NCBI GenBank assembly: GCA_963769935.1 | Contig: CAVYNY010000016.1 | Location: forward strand, 32,001-96,000 | DNA: 64,000 nt | Direction of reading: 5' to 3' | Source: an uncultured delta proteobacterium | GTDB lineage: Bacteria; Desulfobacterota; Desulfobacteria; Desulfobacterales; JAFDCJ01 | Shown: one piece after another, positions 41,006 to 50,808 of the stretch | How positions within the stretch are numbered: the first letter of the stretch is position 1 | Layout of the letters: every line of letters begins with the position of its first letter | Made by a program: the position numbers and the translations under genes | Notes under the pieces: generated by a model | What the model was told of the DNA's origin: nothing | Database searches by the model: none | The model's input: only the letters and a program-made list of their open reading frames with translations

Positions 41006-41254
41006 GTAATAGGATACCCATCCAACCTCAATAATCCGGCCTTCTAGATTACGAATTTTAAAAGCACCCTCTTTCCTTTCCCGCTATCCAATAACAGCCC
41101 AAAGTAAAAACTGCGCATTTATTGCCGTACCATCGAATTTTCTCTTGCCGTCGCAAACGCGGTGCAATATGCTCACTGGTAAAGTAAAGAATCCTGACCC
41201 AAAGGACCAGGTTTTCAATGGGGGAATAAACCATTTCCATTGCGGAGGCCTTGG

Positions 41255-43972
41255 ATGAAGAACAAACAGCCGAAGACAGACAAAAAAATAATCACGGTCC
41301 ACTTTTGGGATCAGATGGTATTGATCGGCATCGGACTCGCTCTTTTTTATACGATTTTTGATTCCGTATTATACATATTTTTATCCTATGATGTTGATTT
41401 TTTTAAGAGGCTTTTTGGACCGGATATCAGTGAAATCTGGACCCGCATTACCATTGCCTGTCTATTTCTTATCTTTGGTTCGCATGCCCAGTTTACCATC
41501 AACAAGCGCGCATTGGCCGAGGCGGCCTTGCGGGAAAGCGAAGAAAAATTTCGTACGATTATTGAAACCACTCCCGACGGGTATTTCGAGATGGACCTGA
41601 ATGGCAACTTTAGATTTTTCAATGACTCCATGTGTACGATTCTTGGCTATTCACGGCAAGAGATAACGACCATCAACCAGCAAGAATGGCTTGATGAAGC
41701 CAATTCGCAAAAGCTGAAGGATACATTCCATAAAGTACTTGAAAACCGGGAACCGGTGAAATCGGTGGGTTGGACGCTGATCAGCAAAGACGGTTCCCAG
41801 CGATATGTTGAATCATCGGTTTCATTGATTAACGATCCAAAGGGCAACCCGGAGGGATTTGGCGGCTTCATTAGAGACGTAACTCAGCGTCATCGGGCCG
41901 AATCTCTGTACCGGGCGAAAATGGCTGCGGAGGCCGCCAGTCGGACCAAAAGTGAATTTTTGGCAAGCATGAGCCATGAAATCCGCACACCGTTGAATGC
42001 CATTATCGGTCTGGTGGAACTCATGCTTAGCTCGGAGTTGCCTCCCAGTCAGCGGGAAGACCTGGATGTTGTCAAGTCCTCGGCATATTCACTGCTCTCC
42101 ATAATAAATAACATTCTTGATTTTTCGAAAATTGAGGCCGGTAAACTGGAATTTGAACAGTCCCCCTTCAGTCTCCGGCATTTTTTAGATGAATCCTTGA
42201 AAATCATGGGCATGAAATCACACGAGAAGGGGATCGAGCTGGCCTACCGCATAGCACCCGGCGTACCCGACCGCTTGCTGGGTGATCCGATACGCCTGCG
42301 TCAGGTTCTGCTCAATCTGGTCGACAATGCGATTAAATTTACGGCAAAAGGGGAAGTGGTGGTCTTGATCGCGGCCCAGTCCATTGCGGAATATGATGTG
42401 TATTTGCACATTTCCGTCGTTGATACGGGCATCGGAATTCCCAAAGATCAACAACGCAGCATCTTTGCCGCCTACAATCAGGGTGGTTCCGGAACGACTC
42501 GCCGGTACGGAGGCACCGGTCTGGGCCTGGCGGTTTCAGCACAGCTGGTAAGCTTGATGGGCGGCAGGATCAAGGTAAGAAGTCAACCCGGCCTCGGCAG
42601 CCGTTTTCGTTTCACCGCGCACTTTACGCGACAGCAAAACGGGCAATACCAACCGCAGGCACCACTTCAACCTGAAATAATCCATCCCGGACTGGCGGGT
42701 TTAAAAGTACTTATCGCCGATGATAATATTTCCAGCGGCAGGATCATAAAAGAAATTTTACAAAACAGCCGGATGATTCCCAGACTGGCCCCCGGTGCGC
42801 AGGAAACCATAGAAATTCTGTTGCAAGCGCAATCCGAGGCAACGCCGTTTGATCTAATTGTTCTGGATTCGGATATGCCCGCAACAGATGGATTTGCTTT
42901 GGCGAGCAGGATTATTGAGCAGAAAATTTCAGATGCGGGAATAATAATGATGCTGACCTTTCCGCATCTCAAACGCAAACCTGAACTTGAACATCTGGGA
43001 ATCACCGCCAGTATTGTCAAGCCCTTCGGACCTTTGGAACTGACAGACACAATCAAGCGTGCAGTGGGAATTGACAGGGTTGATTCTGAGCCTAAGGTAT
43101 ATACACCGCAACGAATAAGCCGGGTCCCCGTGCGCCCGCTGAAAGTTTTGGTGGCCGAAGACACGCCGTTTAACCAAAAATTCATCATGCGCCTGCTTGA
43201 GCGTTGGAATCATCGGGCGACTTTAGTTGAAAACGGAAGGCAGGCGCTTGAGACCTGGCAAAAGGAGTCCTTTGATCTTGTTTTAATGGATGTCCAAATG
43301 CCGGAGATGGATGGATTGACAGCCACTCAAGAAATCCGCAAGAGGGAGGCGGAAATATGCAATGGAAAAAATGCGCTGAATGCCCAGTGCGCCAAATTCA
43401 ATGAAAACGCCTCCCAGGAGCCAGCAGCTTTCAGCATCCGGAATCCGTCTTCCAGCACCGGGCAGCGGGTCCCAATCATTGCCATGACCGCCCATGCCTT
43501 GAAGGGTGATCGGGAACGATGTCTTGAAGCCGGCGTGGATGAATATATTTCCAAACCCATCGATTCGGATAAATTATTTGAAGCCATCGAAAATCTCACG
43601 AAAAAATCAATCGAAACCCAGGATGCCGCTGATAGTCTCGTAACCATCGACAAAGAAATTCTGCTAAAAGCCTTTGACGGCGACTGGAGTTTTCTTGAAG
43701 AAGTTGTGGAGGTCTTTTTAAGTGATTATCCGAGGCTAATGGATGAGCTTCGCAAGGCCGTAAAAGAAAGCGACGGCGACTTATTGATGCGGTCGGCCCA
43801 CAGTCTGAAAGGCATGTTGAAGAATTTTCAGGCCGATTCCGCCGCCGAGGCGGCGTTCGAACTTGAAATAAAGGGAAAATCGGAAGATTTTGATGGTGTG
43901 CAGGAAAATATTGAAGCTCTGCAGGATCGCATCGCCGAGGTTGATAAAGTGCTGCGAAAAATGATACAGTAG
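41255..43972 (+). CDS. Unorthodox hybrid kinase (2 TM-PAS-HisKA-HATPase-REC-REC-HPt)
   Basis: [21 protein letters not shown], two REC domains, AHSLKG HPt; GGAGG RBS. Confidence 0.93.
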   Translation: MKNKQPKTDKKIITVHFWDQMVLIGIGLALFYTIFDSVLYIFLSYDVDFFKRLFGPDISEIWTRITIACLFLIFGSHAQFTINKRALAEAALRESEEKFRTIIETTPDGYFEMDLNGNFRFFNDSMCTILGYSRQEITTINQQEWLDEANSQKLKDTFHKVLENREPVKSVGWTLISKDGSQRYVESSVSLINDPKGNPEGFGGFIRDVTQRHRAESLYRAKMAAEAASRTKSEFLASMSHEIRTPLNAIIGLVELMLSSELPPSQREDLDVVKSSAYSLLSIINNILDFSKIEAGKLEFEQSPFSLRHFLDESLKIMGMKSHEKGIELAYRIAPGVPDRLLGDPIRLRQVLLNLVDNAIKFTAKGEVVVLIAAQSIAEYDVYLHISVVDTGIGIPKDQQRSIFAAYNQGGSGTTRRYGGTGLGLAVSAQLVSLMGGRIKVRSQPGLGSRFRFTAHFTRQQNGQYQPQAPLQPEIIHPGLAGLKVLIADDNISSGRIIKEILQNSRMIPRLAPGAQETIEILLQAQSEATPFDLIVLDSDMPATDGFALASRIIEQKISDAGIIMMLTFPHLKRKPELEHLGITASIVKPFGPLELTDTIKRAVGIDRVDSEPKVYTPQRISRVPVRPLKVLVAEDTPFNQKFIMRLLERWNHRATLVENGRQALETWQKESFDLVLMDVQMPEMDGLTATQEIRKREAEICNGKNALNAQCAKFNENASQEPAAFSIRNPSSSTGQRVPIIAMTAHALKGDRERCLEAGVDEYISKPIDSDKLFEAIENLTKKSIETQDAADSLVTIDKEILLKAFDGDWSFLEEVVEVFLSDYPRLMDELRKAVKESDGDLLMRSAHSLKGMLKNFQADSAAEAAFELEIKGKSEDFDGVQENIEALQDRIAEVDKVLRKMIQ

Positions 43973-44077
43973 CAGTTCGGCTGGATTGGAGTTTGGCGCG
44001 GCAAGACGCGCAAGAGCATGAAAAGAAGTAAAGATGATATAATAACAACTCACTTCCTTTAATATGGAGTCTCATCG

Positions 44078-45965
44078 ATGAGAAAAAAGATCCTTGTGGT
44101 TGATGATGATCGGGTCATGTTAAAATTTATTACCAAGTTGCTCACACGCGAAGGTCACGAGGTGCTTACGGCCGAGGACGGATTTGCCGCCTTGAATCTG
44201 CTGGCCACCTTTTCGCCCGATATAATGTTCTTTGACCTCATCATGCCCAAGATTGACGGGGGCAAGTTGATTAAGATCGTTCGCAGCATGCCGCAGCTAA
44301 AAAGTTGTTATTTGGTCATTATCTCCGCTGCCGTCGCCGAAATCGATTTCGATTTCGAGGAGACCGGCGCCGACTCTTACATTGCCAAAGGTCCGTTCAG
44401 CTCGATGGCCGAACACATCAAGGCCGCTATCGAAGTATCTGATGCACCACCGGATAAGGACGAGTCAAAACCCATTCGGGGGCTGGAAAGCGTTTATGCC
44501 CGCCAATTAACCAAGGAGCTGCTTTCACGCAATCGGCACCTTGAAACCATTTTAGAAAGCATGGCGGAGGGAATTTCTAGAAGTTTATTCGGATAAAATC
44601 GTCTATGCCAATGGTGTTGCCATTTCTGCCCTGGGTCTTCCACTGGAGAAAATATTGGCGGCCTATCCGCCCGATTTGTTCAGCCGGAGCATCGGACAAC
44701 GGCTGGATAAAATACTGCAGTCCAAGTCCGATGAACCAGCTGCCATCGGTGAAAAATTGCCGGTAGACTTAAACGGCAGGCAAATCACCCTTAAAATCCT
44801 GCCGGTAAGAGGAGAGCCGTCCACGGCCATCATCATGCTCACGGATGTGACCGAGCGCAAACAACTGGAAATGCAGCTGCAGCATATTCAGAAGATGGAG
44901 GCGATCGGAACGATTGCCGCCGGGGTGGCCCACAACTTCCGCAACACCCTTACCGAAATTCTGGTAAACAGTCAGCTGATTCAAATGAACTATGAAGACC
45001 AATCCGGCCTGCATAGTGTGGCTGATCGAATCAACACCTCCGTGAGAAGGGGAGCCAGGCTGGTTGATGGATTGCTCCAGTTTTCCCGCAAACAGATCAA
45101 AGAAGAGTTTAAATTAATCGATCTGGTTCGCGTTATCAATGAGGTTTATCAGATCATCCAAAAATCGTTCGATCAAAAAATTACCATTCAAACCGAACTG
45201 CCGAACCATCTGCCGATCATGGGGGATTCTACCAGCCTTAGCCAAGCCCTGATGAACCTCTGCACGAATGCCCGGGATGCTATGCCGGATGGCGGCAAAC
45301 TAACCTTGAGGGCCGTCCGGGAAGGCAAACGAATCCTGGTGACAATCTCCGATACCGGCCAGGGAATGGATAAGGAATCTGCCGAAAAATGCTTTGATCC
45401 GTTTTTCACGACCAAGCCGATCGGCAAAGGAACCGGTCTGGGACTTTCCACCACTTACGGGATTATCAAAAGCCACGAGGGATTAATCAGCGTCGCATCC
45501 CAGTCCAATCAAGGTACTACATTTAAAATGCATTTTCCGGCGGCAGCAGCTGAAGAACGACGCCCGGCCCATGTCAAGCCGACCATCGTCCGCGGCAACG
45601 GCCAACGGGTGCTGGTAGTGGATGATGAACCCGAGATCCTCAAAGCCATGGAAGGGTTGCTCCAATATCTGGGTTACCAGGCAGACTTTGCTTCAAGCGG
45701 TAAAGAAGGTTTGGAAAAATATCTGCAGCGCAGACCCGATGCGGTTTTGATGGATATTAACATGCCCGAAATGGACGGTGTCGCCTGCATTGAAGCATTA
45801 TTGAATCATGACCCCCACGCCAACATTTCGATAATATCCGGCTATGAGATGGAGGGCATCAACGGCTTGAGCAAACAGACCAAAGATTGCATCAAAGATT
45901 ATCTGGCGAAACCCGTAGGACTGGGCGATTTGAGTGCTTTGCTGGCCAGGATGTTGAAAAATTAG
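44078..45965 (+). CDS. REC-PAS-HisKA-HATPase-REC hybrid kinase (+1 frameshift at 44574-44576)
   Basis: [12 protein letters not shown] continues as [12 protein letters not shown] if one T is removed; AHNFRN, NARDAM, FFTTK, C-terminal REC. Confidence 0.85.
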
Positions 45966-46110
45966 GCGCTTAACCAAGCGATCGACAATTCATCGTCGAT
46001 GTTGACGAGTGCTCTGATTTAAACGACTTTACCATAAACTTGCTGCCCCGCTGGGGCCACTTCTACCGCACACAGTCTCGGTCGAAGCTCAGATACTAAG
46101 GCGTTTAATT

Positions 46111-46980
46111 ATGCACTATGAAGGCAACATTATCAGACCTCCCAGCGAAGCCGGCAGCATTTTGCTGCAGGTGACGGTGGGATGCTCGCGCAACAAATGC
46201 ACCTTTTGCGGAACCTACACGGGAGAGCGATTCCGCATTAAACCGGATTCGATCATCATGGAGGATATCGAGTTTGCCGCCCGCTACTGTGGTCGACAAC
46301 GGCGTGTATTTCTCTGCGATGGGGATGCCTTGATTATTCCGCAAAAAAGGCTGTTGAAAATCCTTCAGGCCATTCAGGAGCGGCTTCCGTGGGTCACCCG
46401 GGTAGGAGTGTATGCGAATGCAAAAAGTCTGAAAATGAAAACCCTTGAGGAGCTTAAGACGCTGAAAACACATGGACTGGGGATCGCCTATATGGGGCTT
46501 GAAACCGGCGATGACCTCACTTTGAAAAAAATCAACAAGGGCGCCGCCGCCAAGGATATGATCGCAATGGGCAAAAAAGCCAGAGCAGCCGGCATCAAAC
46601 TCTCGATCACGGTTCTCCTAGGGATTGCGGGCCGGGACCGCTCCCGCATCCATGCCGCAGAGACCGGCCGGGTGCTTTCAGCCATCGATCCGGAATACGT
46701 GGGCGCTTTGAGTCTCATGCTCATTCCCGGCACCCCGCTTTTTGATGATTATGAAGCCGGCGAATTCCCTCTGATAGAACCGCATGAGATGCTGGCGGAA
46801 TTAAGAATGATGATTGCCTGCACGAGCCTTTCAAGGGGGCTTTTCCACGCCAACCACGCATCCAATTATCTGCCCATCAGAGCCCGATTGCCGAGGGATA
46901 AAGAGGCCGTCTTAAAACTGATTGACGAGGCCCTGGCGGGCAAAATTCCCCTCAAACCGGAATATATGCGGGCGCTCTAA
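46111..46980 (+). CDS. Radical SAM protein
   Basis: RPPSEA, GCSRNKCTFC (Cx4Cx2C), GLETG, ANHASNY. Confidence 0.85.
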   Translation: MHYEGNIIRPPSEAGSILLQVTVGCSRNKCTFCGTYTGERFRIKPDSIIMEDIEFAARYCGRQRRVFLCDGDALIIPQKRLLKILQAIQERLPWVTRVGVYANAKSLKMKTLEELKTLKTHGLGIAYMGLETGDDLTLKKINKGAAAKDMIAMGKKARAAGIKLSITVLLGIAGRDRSRIHAAETGRVLSAIDPEYVGALSLMLIPGTPLFDDYEAGEFPLIEPHEMLAELRMMIACTSLSRGLFHANHASNYLPIRARLPRDKEAVLKLIDEALAGKIPLKPEYMRAL

Positions 46981-47063
46981 TTCTATTTTGTCCATACTTA
47001 TCTTGGCATCAAAATCCTCTTATCGCATTTGCTAATACATCAATAATAATAATGAGGTGATTT

Positions 47064-48194
47064 TTGAAATACATTTTAGGCTTTTTAATAATTGCAGCGA
47101 TGAGCGCCGGCGCCATTCTCAGTGAGGGTTCTGCAATAGCGCAACCTGCCGAATTCCCCCCCTTGATGGATCATTTACGCATCAGCGGTCCGCTGGATTT
47201 TTGCGGGGAAACCGTCGAGGTGGAAATTCAGGATGTGCGGGAACGGCTCGAAAAGGAATTGCTTCTCATGTTGTGGGATCGCCCCCAGGTCGTGCTGTGG
47301 ATTAAACGGTCCCGCCGCTATTTGCCGATCATTGAAAAAATGCTGCAGGACAACAACATGCCGCAAGACCTAAAGTATATTGCGATTATTGAAAGCGCCT
47401 TGAGGCCCCATGCCGGCTCTGGACAGGGGGCCATTGGATTCTGGCAATTTCTGGAATCCACCGGCCGCAAATACGGTCTGACCATCGATGCCGCTAAGGA
47501 TGACCGTCGCAACATATTTAAATCGACCGAGGCGGCAATCACTTATTTCAAGGAACTGTATGAACTCCTGGGGTCCTGGACGCTTTCAGCGGCAGCCTAC
47601 AATATGGGGGAACAGGGTCTGCTATCGGAAATGCTGGCTCAAAACACCGATAATTATTATCATTTGTATCTGCCCCTGGAAACCCAGCGTTATGTGCTGC
47701 GGGCCATTTCCGCCAAAATCATTCTAACCGCTCCTGAAGCCTACGGTTTTCGATTTACCCAAGCCGATCTGTATCCGCCCCTGCAATTTGATCGTATCCG
47801 GCTGGAGTGTTTTCAGGAAACACCGATTTCAATCGTCGCCCAGGCAGCAGATACCTACTTTAAAATGATCAAGGATTTAAATCCCGAAATCAGAGGACAC
47901 TATTTGGCTGCCGGCAGTCATTGGCTCCTGGTTCCCCCGGGAGCGGCAAGCGGCTTTCAGGCGCGCTTTAAGAAACTCGTCGATCAGTGGACGGCTGAAA
48001 ACCGCGAGCGAATCTATGTCGTCAGGCAAGGGGATAATCTATCCACCATCGCAGAGCGTTTCAATGTTCCCCTGCCGGCATTGATCATCTGGAATCGGCT
48101 GGAGAATAAAAAGCACATCCATCCCGGAGACCGGTTGGTGATATATTCGGTTGAAATCGAGACTCCGGAGGGGGAGCCGGAGAATGAGGAATGA
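47064..48194 (+). CDS. MltD-like lytic transglycosylase with LysM
   Basis: IES, G.WQF, AAYN.G, ETQRYV; C-terminal VRQGDNLSTIA LysM. Confidence 0.9.
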   Translation: MKYILGFLIIAAMSAGAILSEGSAIAQPAEFPPLMDHLRISGPLDFCGETVEVEIQDVRERLEKELLLMLWDRPQVVLWIKRSRRYLPIIEKMLQDNNMPQDLKYIAIIESALRPHAGSGQGAIGFWQFLESTGRKYGLTIDAAKDDRRNIFKSTEAAITYFKELYELLGSWTLSAAAYNMGEQGLLSEMLAQNTDNYYHLYLPLETQRYVLRAISAKIILTAPEAYGFRFTQADLYPPLQFDRIRLECFQETPISIVAQAADTYFKMIKDLNPEIRGHYLAAGSHWLLVPPGAASGFQARFKKLVDQWTAENRERIYVVRQGDNLSTIAERFNVPLPALIIWNRLENKKHIHPGDRLVIYSVEIETPEGEPENEE

Positions 48195-48207
48195 CGGATG
48201 TTGAATT

Positions 48208-48516
48208 CTATTGCGGTAAAACGATCTTCCGTTTTGCGGGATCGCCGTGCGGTTTGTAAAAAATTGCAGTATGCCCGATCATGCCGGCCATCCGGCTGCC
48301 TGTTTTTTTCTCGAGGGCGGCTGCAATCTCTATTTTCTGTTCCTTCTCCTTGAAGTCAATGAATTTAATCTTGATGAGTTCATGACGGTGAAAGGCTTCG
48401 CCGGCAGATTTGATCAAGGCCTCTGTCAGCCCCTTTTGTCCGACAAACACAACTGGTTTAAATGCGTGGGCCAGGCCTCTTAAGTATTTTGCCTGGGAAC
48501 TGGTAAGTGCTTTCAT
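48208..48516 (-). CDS. yhbY: CRM-domain RNA-binding protein YhbY
   Basis: LT..Q.KYLRGLAH..KPVV.VGQKG, HELIKIK, IGH. Confidence 0.9.
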   Translation of the reverse strand: MKALTSSQAKYLRGLAHAFKPVVFVGQKGLTEALIKSAGEAFHRHELIKIKFIDFKEKEQKIEIAAALEKKTGSRMAGMIGHTAIFYKPHGDPAKRKIVLPQ

Positions 48517-48734
48517 ATGGCCCCCATAAGGATAATTTTTCAATGCGCAAACTCCTATCATTTTGGCACTGTGAAATCAACATAAACAGGCTGAAGGGAG
48601 TTGAAGCTTTGAAAAATTGTTTTATAATTAAATTTCAAATATCGAACCCGGTCCGCCCAGGCCGCGTGGCTGGATACCCTTATCCGAATTGAAGCGTATT
48701 ACAGTAAAGAATCCTGTCCCAGCTTCCTGCCCCG

Positions 48735-48814
48735 CTTCCAGCCCGTAGGGCTTACAGGCCGGAGGGTAGGCCTACAGCCCGGCTTCCGGCTCGTAGAGCC
48801 TGCAGCTCGGAGAG
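48735..48814. repeat. Tandem REP-like hairpins with a GTAG..CTAC core
   Basis: CTTCCAGCCCGTAGGGCTTACAGGCCGGAGGG and CTTCCGGCTCGTAGAGCCTGCAGCTCGGAGAG; another copy at 30060-30091. Confidence 0.65.
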
Positions 48815-48901
48815 AGGGAGGGTCAGGCTTTGACTTTACCCCGGAGAGGTGGCCGTAGCCGTCAGTTAACCGATGGAATAATGATACCAGGAGAATCAGA
48901 T

Positions 48902-49246
48902 ATGAACCTTGAAAGTTATCCTCAGGAGGCTGCAAAATTTCAGATCGAAGCCTATAAAAAGCCGAGAGACCTGCATCTTTTGAGAAAAGACCATGTGCCT
49001 TTTACAGGCTCTCCGAGAAAACACCCCTATGATTCCGATAAGGTTATATTGATTGCCGACCCGTTCAGTTCGAATAACCTTTATTATGAATTCAATAAGG
49101 ACGACATATCCTACGTGGAAGAGCTTCCCAACCTGGTAAACCTGGATGGTGAAACCATTGCGGTGGTGAGGGTTTGGGTGAAAAAATTGAGCGTGGGAAT
49201 TCGATGCACGCCTTTCATTGTTGAGGACACCCGGCTGCAGGTATAG
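48902..49246 (+). CDS. Hypothetical protein
   Basis: AGGAG RBS, 114 aa, protein-like composition (FTGSPRKHPYD, LIADPFS); function not assignable. Confidence 0.75.
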   Translation: MNLESYPQEAAKFQIEAYKKPRDLHLLRKDHVPFTGSPRKHPYDSDKVILIADPFSSNNLYYEFNKDDISYVEELPNLVNLDGETIAVVRVWVKKLSVGIRCTPFIVEDTRLQV

Positions 49247-49261
49247 AAGGGGAATATCTTT

Positions 49262-49831
49262 TCAGGTTAAACCGGCCGCTTCGAACATCTTTTTAATTCC
49301 CGGTTTATTGGCGAACATCTCCTCGCGGGTGAGGCCGTCCAGTTCGTGGGGGAATATCAGCCACCGGTCGGTTTCGTGAACATAATAATCCGGAATAATG
49401 TCGGTCGTATTTTTTGCCGGTTTATACCAGGGAGTAGCGACGCGGATATCGCGGGGCAGATTGCGCCGCATCTTTCTTTGAAGGGTTGCGATGATGGCTT
49501 TAACGCTGCTGCCGCTGTCAAATACGTCGTCTACGATCAGCAGTTCATCTTCCCAATTCGCATTCTGGATGACATACTCCAGTCCGTGCACCCGGACATG
49601 TTTGTCTCTTTTGTCGATTCCGAAATAAGCCGATGTCCGAATGGCGATATGATCGGAGTTAACGCCTAAATAGAACAGTATCTCCTGGACCGCAATTCCC
49701 ACCGGCGTGCCGCCGCGCCAGACACCGATAATAAAGCTGGGCCGGAACCCGCTTTTGAAAATACGGAGGCCGAGCTCAAAAGAATCATTCAGCAATTCCT
49801 GGGCGGAAATGTAAATTTTTTCTTCCATCAT
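49262..49831 (-). CDS. Type I phosphoribosyltransferase (purine PRT-like)
   Basis: GVWRGG, LIVDDVFDSGSS PRPP loop, PDYY, WLIFPHE. Confidence 0.88.
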   Translation of the reverse strand: MMEEKIYISAQELLNDSFELGLRIFKSGFRPSFIIGVWRGGTPVGIAVQEILFYLGVNSDHIAIRTSAYFGIDKRDKHVRVHGLEYVIQNANWEDELLIVDDVFDSGSSVKAIIATLQRKMRRNLPRDIRVATPWYKPAKNTTDIIPDYYVHETDRWLIFPHELDGLTREEMFANKPGIKKMFEAAGLT

Positions 49832-49863
49832 CGGGCAAATGACTCCGCTTTTTTCGTGAACCC

Positions 49864-50512
49864 TTAGTGGAGAGTCGGGGTGTCATCATCATTATCATAC
49901 TCATCATCATCGTCGTCGTCCCGGAACTCACCGGCCATAGCCAGGGCTTCGTAGACGGCATCTACGATTTCCTCGTCTTCGGAATCCAGCAGGGGGCTGA
50001 GGATCTCGGCGGCCTCCTGCGGGCGGATGAGGGCCGCCGACTCAATGGCGGCAAAAAGCAGGTATTTTTCAGTTTCCCCGGACGTGACAAAGGCTGCGAT
50101 GCACGGCCACGCTGCATCGATTTCCCAGTTGCCTGCCCCGCAAACGGCTTCGTAGAGAATGTCCGGATCCTCGCTTGACAGTGATTCGAGGATCTGTTTA
50201 TCGAATCCGCGGAGAAACTGCATGCAAAAAACTGCGGTCAGTTTCCAGGCGTCATTATCGCGGGTGTAGGCATCACGCACGGCATTTTGGTGCCAGTCCT
50301 GCGGCGCGCGTACCGAGGCTTCCAGGATCCGGCGCCGCACCAGCTTCGGCACAGTTTCATCCAGGTGCAGCTTGTAAAGCGTCTCCTGGATTTTATGGAA
50401 CATCGGTTCGGTAATCGGAACCTCTGCCGGATCTTCGAAATCTTCTATGAACGCATATTCCAGGGCAGGTCCCAACGAGATAGCCGCCTGACCGCGGAGA
50501 TCATCCGGTGAT
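49864..50512 (-). pseudogene. HEAT-repeat-like protein, probably 5'-truncated
   Basis: Helical repeats (AVCGAG, AIESAA, AVYEAL) and an acidic tail; frame extends upstream (LRGQAAISLG) to a stop with no good start or RBS. Confidence 0.5.
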
Positions 50513-50808
50513 TTTTAAACTTCGAATCTTAGCTCGCATCGGCCGATCGACGAGTTGGACCAAAATATTTTGATTGTGTATCGCAGATTTTGCCTCAAAA
50601 AGCAATACCTGTCTTTTATCCAATAATATGAAAAGCAGGCCTATCATATTTTTCAGTTGACCGTAAGCTGCGATAGTGGCACAGAGAAAGCTGCTCAGTC
50701 CGCAAATGACCAGTCCGGCGGCGGAACCTCGCTAAAAAATCTTGAAGAGTATGAAGCAACCATTTTATAGGTAATGCCAATTTGCCCAAGTCTGGAAGGA
50801 ATCCCGTA

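Noticed and set aside
48902..49246. Inorganic pyrophosphatase label for the small ORF
   Set aside because: No family I (DxDxxD) or family II (DHH) motif and too short; left as hypothetical.
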